The position numbers were made by a program, and so were the translations under genes. From Aplysia californica (Eukaryota), in the NCBI RefSeq assembly GCF_000002075.1, contig NW_004797315.1:1573133-1637132 (forward strand): 64,000 bases of DNA, written 5' to 3'. Every line of letters starts with the position of its first letter. The stretch's first letter is position 1. The notes beneath the pieces were generated by a model that saw nothing but the letters and a program-made list of their open reading frames with translations, made no database searches and was not told the DNA's origin. Of the stretch, positions 1 through 13,059 are shown piece by piece.

Positions 1-8
1 ATATATAT

Positions 9-897
9 GAAGACTACAGGGGGAAAACGACGGTAGTCACAAAAACCTAATTTCGTGATTTTCCTCCTTGTCCTTATCCTGAGCGTCTCGTGACGATGAG
101 TGTTTCCCACAGTCTCGTTTTACAAAGAACGACTGTTGTCCTACGATATCACCACTTTTTAAATAGGCATCCTTTGGAAGAATGACGGTTGTCCATCAAC
201 TTTGAGGGAAGAACGACGGTAGTCCAGTGCAGATCATGTGGCAATAATCACATGACAAGCGTAGGCCAATGTCAAACCACATCCTGTGGCTTTGTCATTG
301 GTAACTAAATGGTGGACGTTGATGTGTTGAAAGTGACTGAGAAGCCTAGAAAAAGAGCAATCTCAGTGTGGGGGGATGGGGGGGTCTTTCATTTGTTGGT
401 GAGTGTGTGAGTGGGAGGGGCAGGGGGGTCTTTCATTTGTTTGTGAGTGTGAGTGATCAGTCACATCGATCCCGGGGAAAATTGACGGTAGTCCAGAAGT
501 ACCCCGTTAGCTTTGGAAGCACAAATTATGGTACATGTACAAAATGCCATACTGCAGATGTGAAAATGGTTATGTACAAAGGCAAATACGGCTTGTCTTT
601 GGTAATCTTAAAAGAAAATTAAGAGTTTGCCTTTAATAGGAAAAGAGTAACATTCACTTTTCCCAAAATAGGAAAAGTGTGACTACGGTCGTTTTCAGTA
701 CTAGTAGAGGTTTTACGGCGCTCGCAACTGCATAAGGTCATATGAGCGCCAGAAGATTAGAGGTGTTACAAGAGAGTAACGAACATGAAAAAGAAGAAGG
801 GGAGATAAGGACTGTTTGATAGGAAAGAAGAAGCAGCAAACCACACCAGAGCACCCGCCAACCATGACCCACACGGTCATTTTTCCCTGCAGTCTTC
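9..897. mobile_element. Non-autonomous DNA transposon (MITE) with long TIRs in an ATAT site; right TIR interrupted by a retro insertion
   Basis: GAAGACTACAGGGGGAAAACGACGGTAGTCAC at left matches the reverse complement of 678-695 + 873-897; internal repeats of GAACGACGGTAGTC; ATAT flanks. Confidence 0.75.
696..872 (-). mobile_element. 5'-truncated retroelement 3' end (family c, shared hairpin tail)
   Basis: 11-bp TSD ACGGTC(G/A)TTTT at 685-695/873-883; related copies at ~50075-50258 and ~61843-61905. Confidence 0.7.
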
Positions 898-1010
898 ATA
901 TAATAATATAACGAGACACGTAAAAAGACATTTGAGTATTATAGAGAGATATGAAAAGAGAGAGCAAAATTTGGGAGACAGAGAAAGAGATATATAGAGA
1001 GTGAGAGAGT

Positions 1011-1068
<58 letters not shown>

Positions 1069-1072
<4 letters not shown>

Positions 1073-1593
1073 TTGTTTGTTTTTGTAAAGTGTTTTACGG
1101 CGCTCGCAACTGCATAGGTCATATGAGCGCGCGGGACACACCTAATATTTTCAGTTGGTAGGAAATTTTGAATTTTGCCCGGGTGGCGGCCGAAGCCTAC
1201 TCTTATCGATTTTAGACCACCAAGGGATCTTTAACGTGCGCAACTTGCACACGGGCCCTCCGAGATTTTTCGCCCTTGTCCGAGAAGGCTAGGTGTAGAT
1301 CATTCCTACCAGAAGATCAGGGGTGTGGCAGAAAGACAGCAGTAAGGAGGGGCCAAGGAGTAGCAGTAGAAAGGTTGCAGAAAGAGTCGGGAGCCCAGAG
1401 GAGGGGGCAAAGGAGGTGATGGGGTGGGGGCAGAAAGTGGAAATGAAAGCAGACAACAGAACATTGCTAGAGAGCAGGAAAGGAGGTGAAAGGAGACAAT
1501 TTTAGAGAAGAAAATTTTTTGGTCGCTACCCGGATTCGAACCCGGGACCTTTGAATGAGAGGCCAACACCTTAACCTCTAGGCCACGAGAGCC
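1069..1593 (-). mobile_element. tRNA-derived SINE family A, inserted in (GA)n
   Basis: A box TGGCCTAGAGG, B box GGTTCGAATCC, core ...GCACGTTAAAGATCCC..., hairpin tail + (AAAC)n; paralogues at 38088 and 44265. Confidence 0.9.
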
Positions 1594-1596
1594 CCC

Positions 1597-1687
<91 letters not shown>

Positions 1688-1822
1688 GAGTAGGAGACAT
1701 CGGGAGTTCTGGGAGAGAGAGATAGAGAGACAAAGACACAGAAAAATAGAGAGAGTGAGTGGGAGGTAAAGAGAGAAAGGAGAAAGAGAAAGAAAAAGAG
1801 AGAGAGATGGAGGGAAGGGGGG

Positions 1823-2063
1823 NNNNNNNNNNNNNNNNNNNNNNNNNNNNNNNNNNNNNNNNNNNNNNNNNNNNNNNNNNNNNNNNNNNNNNNNNNNNNN
1901 NNNNNNNNNNNNNNNNNNNNNNNNNNNNNNNNNNNNNNNNNNNNNNNNNNNNNNNNNNNNNNNNNNNNNNNNNNNNNNNNNNNNNNNNNNNNNNNNNNNN
2001 NNNNNNNNNNNNNNNNNNNNNNNNNNNNNNNNNNNNNNNNNNNNNNNNNNNNNNNNNNNNNNN
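1823..2063. other. assembly gap (others at 57744-57842 and 63707-63854)
   Basis: N runs. Confidence 1.
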
Positions 2064-2121
2064 NGAGAGACAGTTGGGTTAGACATAAACAAAAAAGGTC
2101 AGATAGAAAAAAAAACAGTAC

Positions 2122-2178
<57 letters not shown>

Positions 2179-2276
2179 ACAAACATACATTTGCAGAGAG
2201 AAAACAATGGTGAAAAATCAGGCAGATAAAAGCACAAAGAGGAGACAGACACTCAGACGTTATCTATCTATCTGTA

Positions 2277-2334
<58 letters not shown>

Positions 2335-3422
2335 CCAAATCAAATCGAATAAAATCCGTGTAATAGTCAATTAACAAAAAAATGTTACGCCATTTCCTTA
2401 TAACAAATACACTTTCGTAAGAGATTTACATCATTGCACCACAATTAGGCTATACAAGTGTCGTATGATAAGTAAGCATTGGAAGATCATATAGACCTTA
2501 TAAAAGGCCTGACCATCTCCATCTCCCATAGGGGCCAAACCAAGAGGGTAAAGAACCTGAAAAACTCCTCCAAAAGAAAAAAATAGAATCATAGCTTAAG
2601 AACACCGTGGGTTATAAATAGAGGTTCAAGACGATGCCTACTGAACTTTCAACCCTCTGACGCCCCCCTCCACCTCCCTCTTCCCTCCTTCCCAATTCCC
2701 TTTGGAGGAATGGGCAGAAGTTGAAAAAAATCTTAGATTACTTTTGATTCAAAAGCTACAAGTTACGTATTTCATTTCATTATGCGTAGTACTGTGTCAG
2801 CCACGAGTTCAAACCAGAAAGTAGGTTATTGCTAGACATTTTAGCGTTTTTCTTAGCTACCCTTCTGATTTGAACAGAGTTTTACACCCTTGTGCCACGG
2901 TGAGGCCCAGTACTTCCGATTTCCACAAAGGGAGGGAGTGGGGAGGGGCCGTTTTGAGTTGTGGAAGACACAATAAAAATGTGCTTTTATAAGTGAGAAA
3001 AAGAAAGACCATTTATTGTTTTGAAGTTTTGTTCCATGCCTGATACCTAATGAAACCGTTGCGGTAATAAGAAACCAAAACTAGGATGAAAAAAAAACAC
3101 TTTGTAAAGCTCGAGAAGAAAATACTAAAGGTCACTGTGCGTGTTTATATTGTCAGCTCAATACATGTAATTCTACATTCACAAGCATCTGCCAAAAAAT
3201 TATAGATTTTTTTCACACCATCATCTCTTGAAGTATCCCCCCAAAAAAGCTCAATTTTACATCTTCGTTAAATTTATCATGAGTTATCAAAAAGAAATAT
3301 TTGTACACAAATCAAGTAAAAGATAGTTGTTTATCATCAGATATTGCATTAGTACGTATACAGTTGGATAGCAACAAATCTTATAACCAGAAGAGTAAGA
3401 ACAATCAGACCATCAACAGCCT

Positions 3423-3686
3423 AAACAAAACAATTAAAATAAAACCTCACCTGGTCCACGTAAAGTATATCATTTATTGGGTCTACACATTGTTGTAAAC
3501 ATAGTGGTTGAAACAAAACAATTAAAATAAAACCTCACCTGGTCCACGTAAAGTATATCATTTATTGGGTCTACACATTGTTGTAAACATAGTGGTTGAA
3601 ACAAAACAATTAAAATAAAACCTCACCTGGTCCACGTAAAGTATATCATTTATTGGGTCTACACATTGTTGTAAACATAATGGTTG
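3423..3686. repeat. 88-bp unit x3 near-perfect tandem repeat
   Basis: units start 3423, 3511, 3599. Confidence 0.95.
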
Positions 3687-3901
3687 GAGCGAGGTTGCCA
3701 AAAAAACTCAAGAGAATGAGAGACTTTAATAAAAATGTGTCATCGAACTCAGTGACCCAAACGAAATTAATCTAAATGGAAAGAAATGCGAAATGACAGA
3801 CATATGCCAATGCAAAGAAGATGTTATATATTAGTTTTTGTGCTTGGTTTCTTGTTACTACCAATACACTATTGCTTTTTACAAGAGGATAATATAGCTT
3901 T

Positions 3902-4283
3902 ATAAACATCTGGAAAAAACAATTGTTGCGGCAGAGTTGTGGTTCATGAGACGCATGCTACGTATCCCATGGACAGCTAGAAAAACAAATGAAGAAGTCC
4001 TGGTTGAAGCAAATTATAGAAAACAACTTATCACGAATATAAGAAAACGACAGGCAAATTTTTTCGGACACACAATGCGGAAAGAAGCATTAGAGAACAT
4101 TGTAACAACAGGAAAGTTTGATGGAAAGAGAGGTAGAGGCAGACAGAGGGAAAAGATACTGGACAAGATGACAACATGGCTGGGAGCAGCAAGAACAACA
4201 GACACCATTGCTGCTTCCAAAGACAGATGGAAGTGGAGGTCCATGATCGCCCACGCCAGTCGGCAAGGCACCGGATGATGATG
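3902..4283 (+). mobile_element. RTE-clade LINE, 5'-truncated 3' end
   Basis: MWFMRRMLRIPWTARKTNEEVL...FFGH...GKRGRGRQ is a typical RTE ORF C-terminus; (TGA)n tail; 11-bp TSD AATATAGCTTT (3891-3901 / 4284-4294). Confidence 0.9.
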
Positions 4284-6359
4284 AATATAGCTTTCCATAT
4301 GTGGTTCTTTGAAAAGGTAAACCCTATTCAAAGCTAAATGTGTTGTAAACAGTTGAAAGTATCTTTATTGCTTTGTCCTCCTACTGTTTTGAGTAACTTT
4401 CGTGGTCGGTCGTTACACTTTCAGTATTATTTATAGTCTGTTATTTTCTGTGCGTGATAAGATGTTGCAACCAACGCACTATTGTGTTTTAGCACTTCGT
4501 AATGTTATTTGCCTGGCTAAACCCTATCCAAAGCTAAATGGGTAGTGAAAAGCTGTAAATATCTTAATATCTGTGTTCTCCTCTTTTTTGGAGCAGTTTT
4601 TTGTGATCGGTCGCAACACTTTAAGTATTGGTTTCAATTTAATAGTTTCTGTGTGAGGCTAGTTGCTGCAATAAACACACTATTTTGTTGTACCAAAGAA
4701 TATAGCATTTTATAGGGTTTTTTTGCTTGGCTAAACCCTATCAAAAGCTAAGTGCGTTTTTTAAAAATGTTGATGCATTTTTTTTCGCCCTTTTGCCATT
4801 TAGAGTAACCTTTTTGGTCAGTCGTTACACTTTTAGTATTAGTTATAGTCTTTAAGTTTTTGTGAGTGTCTAGTTGTTACAATCAACACATTATTGTGTA
4901 TTACCACAACATCTTAATTGTTATAGGGCTTTTTACCTTTTTATTTCCTATCCAAAGCCAAATGGGTTGTAAAAAAGTTGTATGTATCTTTATATCTTTA
5001 TTATCTTACTTTTTAAAAGTAATTTTTGTGGTTGGTCGTTACACTTTTAGTATTGGTAATGATGTATTATCCTTTTTGCGTGGATAGTTGTTACACTTTT
5101 AGTACTTGTTATAATTTATTAGTTTCTGTGCGTGGTTAGTTGTTACAACCAACACATTATTTTGTTTTACCACAGGATATAGAATTTTATTTCGTTCTCT
5201 GCCTTGTTAAACACTACCCAAAGCTATTTGTGTTGAAAAAATGGGAAGTACCTTTACTTTTTTGTCCTCCTACTATTTTGAGTAACTTTTGTGGTCGGTC
5301 GTTACTCTTTAAGTATTGATTACATTTTAATAGTTTTTGTGCTTGATTAGTTTTTACAACCAACACATTATTGTATTTTAACACAGGATCTAGAGTATTA
5401 AATGGTTCTTTTCCTTTTTAAACCCTATCCAAAACTAAATGTGTTTGAAAAAACCAGAAGTATCTGTATTTCTTTGTCTTCCTACTATTTTCAGTAACTT
5501 TTGTGGTCGGTCGTTACACTTTCAGCTTCGCTAATAATTAGTTCGTTTTTCTGCGCTGCTTGTTGTTACAGCTAACACGCAATTTTCTTTTACCACTGGA
5601 TCTAGCATTTTATATGGGTTTTTTTGCCTGGCTAAACACTATCCGAAGTTAAAATGAGGAAGTATCCAATTTTTTTGTGGTCCTTTTACTGTTTTGAGAA
5701 ACTGTTGTGCTCGGTCGTTACACTTTTTTTTTTGGTTATAATCTTTTCCTTTTTTTTTTTTTTTTTTGGCTAGTTGTTAAAACCAACACACTATTGCGAT
5801 TAACCAAAGCATCTAACTTTCTATTGGGTTCTTTGACTGGCTAATCCCTATCTAAAACTAAATTTTTTGGTAAAAAGTTGGAGTATCTTTATTTATTTGT
5901 CCTCTTACTGTTTTGAGTAACTTTTGTGGTCATTCGTTACACTTTTTGTATTGGTTATAGTCTATTAGTTTGTTTTTGAGCGGCTAGTTGTTACAATATA
6001 ATATGGTTCTACTACAGGATTTAAAGTATTTTAGGTTCCCTTTGCCTTTTTAAAACATAAGAAAAGCTAAATGGGTTGTAAAAAGCTTGAATTATTTTAA
6101 TTTTTTTCCCTACTATTTTGAGTAGCTTTTGTGGCCGGTCGTTACACTTTTAGTATTGGTTCTAATTTAATGTTACACTGAAAACACTATTTTGTTTTAT
6201 CACAAACCCTAGCTTTTTACAGGGTTTTTTCCCAAGCTAAATCCTATCCAAAACTAAGTGTGTTGTAAAAATTTGGAAGTTTCTTAATTTTTGTTTGGTC
6301 CTTTTGCTGTCTTGAGAAACTGTTGTGGTCGGTCGTTACATTTTTAGTAGCGGTTATAG

Positions 6360-7224
6360 CAGGCGCGGTTCGTCCATACAGCACGGCTGTGCAGTGCCGC
6401 CCAAACATTTTTAATGTTCTGTTACGTAAAACACCTACAATAATCGAATAAAAGAAGCCAGAAACAAACACTAGCCAAATATTAAATCAAAACAAGGTCC
6501 TCACTGGCGCCATAACTGTCATTTCTGTGTCTATAGCGCCGTAAGACTTGTACTATGCCATGCCAAAGTCCACGCGCTTTAGCTAAACATAATAGGATAT
6601 TCAACAGTGTAACCTGACGTATAAATCGCTCTTGAGGATAACCCAAGCGATGACGACACTCGTAGCGAGTTTGGAGGTAGGCCTACATTAATATTAATAA
6701 GACGGCACAACTCAAATGTGCTCCTGCCGAATAGTGCCGAAACGTATCCCACAGTAGGCAGTCTAAAAATAAACGCGATAGACCGTATCATATTCTTTGC
6801 CAATATTATGTGAGCCCTGGAGCAATCCAGAAGATTGCTCAAGTGAATTGTGATTGGCTCATTGTCTGTCTTGCCACTATTTTAAGTGACTCTGTGACCG
6901 TGAACCTGAGGGAGGTGAAGGTGACCGTCATATGAGTTGTGTCTTTGAATGGTTTTGTAGTGGAGTAGTGAAAGTTATTACTTGAGTGTTCAGTTCCAAT
7001 ACAGGATAAACGAAATTGATGTTTAGCTATCAAACTAATTTAGTACAAGAACTAGAAATCAAAGTGACAAGTAAAAAGAATGAAAATAAAAGCACGAGGT
7101 CCTCCCTCACCAACCCAAAGATCCTAAAATTATACACTGTCTCGTTTACTATGCCCTTGACTATCTTCAGCATGCGATAGCTAAATTGTGCACGTCCACT
7201 TTTTAGCCCCACGAGCCGCCCCTG
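6360..7224. mobile_element. hAT-type non-autonomous element in satellite array
   Basis: TIRs CAGGCGCGGTTCGT / ACGAGCCGCCCCTG; 8-bp TSD GGTTA(T/C)AG. Confidence 0.85.
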
Positions 7225-7558
7225 GGTTACAGTCTATTAGTATTTTTTAGTGGCTAGTTGTTACAACCAACACATTATTGTGTTTAACAACAGGATCTAG
7301 AATTTTATAGTGTTGTCCACCTGGCTAAACCCTATCCAAAGCTATTGTGTTGTAAAAAGCTTGAACTGTTATTATTTATTTGTCTTCCTATTGTTTTGAG
7401 TACCTTTTGTGGTAGGTCGTTACACGTTTAGTATTATTTACAGTCTATTATTTCTTTGTGTGTGATAAGTTGTTGCAACCAACACACTATTGTGTTTTAC
7501 CACAAATTTTGATATTTCACTTGGGTATTTGCCTGACCAAACCCTATCCAAAGCTAAA

Positions 7559-7976
7559 TGTGAGGCAGCGTGGTGAAATCAGGCTCTCGTCAAAATAATC
7601 AAAGTGAAGAAACTGTTGAATTTTTATCAAATTTTTGTTTTTTTGCTCAACACCTTTTATGCACATTAAAGAACTCATTTCTGTGTGGATTTTTCGGAAA
7701 AGCGTTGATTAAAGGCACAAAATTGTAAATTTTCGGTTACCACGGACTCTTAAGCTAAGGAAATAACTAATCTTTGGTGGCCATTTTCTCAGTAATTTTA
7801 CCTCTGAAAACAGGTGACCCCCACCTCCTTCTTTCGCGAATATCTCGACTTGTATTCAAGATAAATGGATATTATTTTCTTCCAAATAAAGACAAGTGAA
7901 TAAACTTTAAGATGATATCAATAACTCTACATGCCCAAAAATTGACGAGAGCCTGATTCCACCACGCTGTCTCACA
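7559..7976. mobile_element. ~420-bp TGTG...CACA MITE (family M)
   Basis: ~35-bp TIR TGTGAGGCAGCGTGGTGAAATCAGGCTCTCGTCAA; 2-bp TSD. Confidence 0.9.
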
Positions 7977-8638
7977 AATGGGTTGTAAAAAACGCCTAAT
8001 AGTTCTTCTTTGTTTATTCTCTTATTTTTATTAGCAACTTTGTGGTCGGTCGTTACACTTTCAGTAATGATTATATTTTGTTAGTTTTTGTGCTTCTGTA
8101 GTTGTTACAACCAACACACTATACTATACCTTTTTGTCATAAAATCTAGCCTTCTATTGGATTCTTTCCCTGACTAAACCCTATCCAAAGTTAAATGTGT
8201 GGTAAAAAGTTGGAAGTATTTTTTATTTTTTATTATTTTTTGGGGGGGTCCTCCTGTGGTTTTGAAAACAGTTGTGGTCGGTCGTTACACTTTTTTATAT
8301 TGGTTATATTCTATTACTTTTTTTGTGGCTAGCTGTTACTTTCAAAACAGTGTTTTGTTTTACGACAAGATCTAGAATTTTATAGCGTTCTCTGCTTTGG
8401 TAAACGCTATCCAAAGCTAAATGTGATGTAAAAAATTGGAAGTTTCTTTATTAATTTATTGTCCTCCTACTGTTTTGAATAACTTTTGTGGTCGGTCGTT
8501 ACACTTTTAGTACTTGTTATAATTTATTAGTTTCTGTGCGTGGTTAGTTGTTACAACCAACACATTATTTTGTTTTACCACAGGATATAGAATTTAATAT
8601 CGTTCTCTGTCTTGTTAAACACTACCAAAGATATTTAT

Positions 8639-9107
8639 AACAAGATGGGCCACTCAGCCAAAAAAGTGTCCGCCGGAAGTTCGCTCTTTGCTTCAGATGG
8701 CGCTGCAGTCTGTTTTGAAGCTCTTTTTCGTTTTTCCAGAAGAAGAATAGGAATAGCACCTCCTTGCGTGCGCAGATCGACTGCTGTTCATCAGCAGTTC
8801 GGGCTCGCTCAGTGCGGAGTTTTAGGGGTTTTTTTGTATTTTAATGACCTCTCGTCTTTCATTCTTAAGTCAAATTAAACGAAGGAAACAATCACCCTTT
8901 CCTCCGGAAGAGGTTTTTTGTCAGCGTAACCATTTAAAACAAGTGTTCTTCCGAAAATCATTCAAAAACTTGCTAGTTTCACTTTGATTTTTTAAACTCA
9001 AGTAGGATAACTCTGTTCGCAAAAGGTGCGCTTTTGCGAAGAGGGCGCCACCGAATTTTCAGGACACTTTTTTAATTGGCTCAAAGAGAGAAGTGGCCCC
9101 TCTTGTT
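8639..9107. mobile_element. MITE with AACAAGA(T/G)GGGCCACT TIRs in satellite array
   Basis: ATAACAAGATGGGCCACT / AGTGGCCCCTCTTGTTAT; splits a satellite unit; AT flanks. Confidence 0.8.
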
Positions 9108-10396
9108 ATGTTGACTCTTTGACACTACACAAAGCTATTTGTGTTGAAAAAATGGGAAGTACCTTTACTTTTTTGTCCTCCTACTATTTTGAGTAACTTT
9201 TGTGGTCGGTCGTTGCTCTTTTAGTATTTGTTATAATTTATTAGTTTCTGTGCGTGACTAGTTGTTACAACCAACACATTTGTTTTACCACAGGATATAG
9301 AATTTAATATCGTTCTCTGTCTTGTTAAACACTACCCAAAGCTATTTGTGTTGAAAAAATGGGGAGTACCCAAAGAATTCTACACTTATAGAACGGGCAC
9401 TGTACCACGTGACCTGTGAGGAATTGAAGACCGAAAACAATGGCGTCTTGAGGGCAAGATTTATCGTTTTCAAAAGTAACCCTATAGCTTTTAAAGCAAG
9501 AGCGGCTTTTACAAACGAGTGAAAAGTGGAACATTTACTGTCCAGTTTGTAATTTTGAGTTTTAGAATTCACTGTGCAACCTGGAGATTGGAATTAAGGT
9601 TTTAAACTGTTGTGTTTTTGGGAGCAACAACAGAAAAAGCGGACATAGAGAGTTTATATACGATCTACAGAACTGCGAAAAGATTCGCAACCCGGATGGG
9701 ATTGTTCACTGCACTTTCTAGCTTCCCACACACATTTTGCATACGCATATGGCCTACGTCATTTTTTAGTAGCAAAACTTGTTACAAGAAATTTGTTTTA
9801 CACTGAACATATTTTTTCACTAGATCTTATTAATGTTCTCAAAACATGCGTTCAATAATTAGCTTTATGTCGCCTGCAGAAGTAGAAAAAAAGGACGGAC
9901 TTGCTTTTAAAAGAGATTTAGCTCCAGCTGTAAACTTTTTAAAATCTGTAGAAACCATTGACTGGGATTTTTTTTTAAATATTGGGCTAGTATTTATTAA
10001 AGTATTTTCTTTAAAGAAATTTCTAGAATAATATAGAACCTATGTGTACAAATGTTTGAAAAAATACTCATCTGTTAAGACGAATTGATATATAGATCTA
10101 CGTTATTGTGCAAAAGTAGGAGAATCTAGATCTAGATGTTCGAGAGTTCAGTAGCCTAGATATTTGATAATAAGTTGCGCAACAAATTTTTGACCGCACG
10201 CTACAGTAGTAGTCGATAGTTTATTATTTTCATCCGAAACATTAATTTCCGCATCCATACACCTTTTTGGGCCTTTTTAAGCAAATGTAGTCCTACTTTA
10301 ATTATGTTACTTTCATAATTGTTTTTGAAAGCATTTTCAATTTCTTTCACTTTCACTTCCCATGCGCGGGCACATATAATTATGATTACAATTTAA

Positions 10397-11183
10397 GATT
10401 CCAGATCTGACGAATGTATTTATTAAATAGCGTATAATGCTGGGTTAGCCAAAGCATTGCAATGCGCGCTATTATCAATTATTGAATTGTAAAAGGACTT
10501 CAATTTGATCCCAAACAAGAGACCACTTGTTTTTTTTATACGTATTCATGAATGTGTGTTTGTTTACTGTGAGCGGGGATTAAAAATAAAAGATTAAAGA
10601 TTCCAGATCTGACGAATATATTTATAAAATAGCATAATAGTGCTGGGTTAGCCGATGCCTTGCGATACACGCTTTTATCAATTAATTGAATTGTAACAGG
10701 ACTTCGATTTGATCCATAACAAGAGACCACTTATTTTTTCTTATATATACGTGTTCAAAAATGTGTGTTTGTTTACTGTGTGCGGGCATTAAAAATTCCA
10801 GATCTAACGAATGTATTTATTAAATAGCATAGGCCTATAGGGCAGGGTTGGCCAATGCATTGCGATACGCGCTTTTATCGATTAATTGAATTGTAACAGG
10901 ACTTCAATTTGATCCGTAACAAGAGACCACTTATTTTTCTTATACGTTTTCAAAAATGTGTGTTTGTTTACTGTTTGCGGTCATTAAAGATTCCAGATCT
11001 GACAAATGTATTTATTAAATAGCATAGGCCTATAGAGCAGGGTTGGCCAATGTATTGCGATACGCGCTTTTATCAATTAATCGAATAGTAACAGGACTTC
11101 AATTTGATCCGTAACAAGAGACCACTTATTTTTTCTTATACGTGTTCAAAAATGTGTGTTTGTTTACTGAGTGCGGGGATTAC
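10397..11183. repeat. ~197-bp unit x4 tandem array
   Basis: ATTCCAGATCT...AACAAGAGACCACTT units at ~10397, 10599, 10795, 10989. Confidence 0.92.
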
Positions 11184-13059
11184 AGGGGGACAAGCCCATC
11201 CCCTCGACATGTGATCCAGGGTATGGGGATACATTTTTCTCAAAATGCACACTGCTCTAAAATCCTTGACCAGTGATCACTCTCCATGGAACTCTTTCTG
11301 TTGTGACTGTGGACACAATATTTCTTCATTATCACATCTGAATGAGCCTAGATATCTATCATTCATACATTAGAAACCACACTCTCAACACACACAAAAA
11401 ATGACTTTGAACATATATTCAGGAAACATGCCAGTTCCACTCTTGTTTACTTTACTTTGCATTATTGGCTTTCATGTGTAAACCAATATTTGAGGCCTTT
11501 TCTACATTTTTGTGTTTTTGGCAGCATGTATAATAGGCCTATGTATTTTAAGTGCAACCGACACATTCTCCAATCTCTTGTATTTGTTAGACTCGCACGT
11601 ACTTTAAACAAAGCATGTTGTACACACTATATTCCACTGATGTAAACACACAGATGAATTCTTAAAGTGACAAATAATACATTTTCTCAATATAAGCTCA
11701 ATTTATTGATCTCTTTCTAGTAAATTGGAGAAAAGGCTTATAAGTTATATTGTTCTTTTTTGCTTGCTGTGGATGGCCTTAAGTTTAATGACAATGTAAT
11801 TGTAGTGAGCATCTGTCAGCGTCCCCTTTATCGTAGTACTAATCAAGACTATATCCAGATATTTTGCCAATAGAATTAATGTTCATAATTAGTGTTATTA
11901 TCAAGTGTATTGTGAGTGTGAAGATCTTTAGTGGATCCTAGATCTAGATCCCATCCCATCATTTAAAAAAAAAAACCCAAACCAACACACAAAAACATTG
12001 TAACATTGCCAATTATGACATATCGTTGGCAACAAAAATGTACTAGACTATTTCACTATATTTCCTCTTCGAAGAAAGTTTTAAAATACTGATGTAAGGT
12101 GTCTTCCAAGCCCTACGCATCAGCGTGCATAGCAAGAGAGAAAGAGAAACAGGGTGAGGGATTGTTGAGGAATAAAGTCTCCCAAAGGCTCAATCGCAAG
12201 TCTCTTCGTTTTTAAGGTACGACTGGTGGTTAGTTCTAAGCCCAGCGATGAAGCGTATCCGTAAACTGTTCTTGTCTTGTTTCTCCACCTGTTGCAGGGA
12301 AGAAAGCAACGGCCAGCTGGACTCAGGAGACTCTCAAAGTCTCCATCTCTCCTTGCATAGCAGCTGTTCAAGCCTGCTGAACGAAAAACCACCGTTATGC
12401 TCTCGTGGTGATCATGCCAGATTGGAGGACCACGAAGAAAAGCAAACAGGTGCAGAACTGTCTGACTCACCAAGCGACTATTCTATTTTCAGTAGAAAAT
12501 AAGGTTCCACAAGGACACCGGCGATGCACCTGTCGACAGGCCACCCTGACGAAGATCTACACCTGCTGCTACCCATCAGCTGGGAATGCGAGTCGGACTC
12601 TGGACAGCTGGAAAGCTTCCGTGATAGATAATTGTGCGAGCCACATTGTAGAAGCCTCCACGTATCGTGTCACGTGGACACCGGTCATCCACATGTCGTA
12701 TGGCCTCGCAGGTCAGTATCTTGTCAACAGACCATTCCGTAGAGCAAGAAGCGGGGATCAAGAGGTCCAATCCGGGAGCTCAAGCTCGGAGAAATACTTG
12801 CCTGCCTAGTCTCCACAACCACTACAGCTTGTTGACAGGTTGTGTACGCAGGAAGCTGACTACTCGAGTGTGTTTCCTTATTGTCCGAAACTGGCGCAGA
12901 CTGACCATTCCAGCGAAGCTGTAACGGTGAATGTGATTTACCACTAGTTTAGACTCAACTCCTCACCCCCCCCCCCCCCTGCTGTTCTTACTCCTCCCTT
13001 GTGTCCCCCTTCTCACGCCCACCCTGTCCCTTCGTCTTCTCCTGTTTAGCTTTTTTGAG

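Larger units (their letters stand above)
1690..3833 (+). repeat. left arm of ~2-kb inverted duplication
   Basis: reverse complement of ~13590-15430, including unique sequence and (TATC)n. Confidence 0.9.
3834..9370. repeat. ~210-bp satellite-like tandem array (~17 diverged units)
   Basis: recurring AAACCCTATCCAAAGCTAAATG and GTGGTCGGTCGTTACACTTT at ~210-bp spacing. Confidence 0.93.

Noticed and set aside
1520-1593. tRNA gene candidates (also ~38088, ~44650, ~46895)
   Set aside because: They are SINE heads continuing into shared bodies and LINE-type tails.
877-2190. Long SLSL/ERER/THTH/poly-L/C/T ORFs (also ~15019-15713, 23890-24386, 57551-58218)
   Set aside because: Translations of microsatellites and N gaps.
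4319-9340. AACCCT/AGGGTT motifs as telomeric repeats
   Set aside because: Single motifs per 210-bp unit, not tandem TTAGGG.
10407-10440. CTGACGA followed by a hairpin in the 197-bp units, resembling a hammerhead ribozyme core
   Set aside because: No GAAA after stem II in any unit, the motif is mutated in two units, and there are no clear stems I/III.
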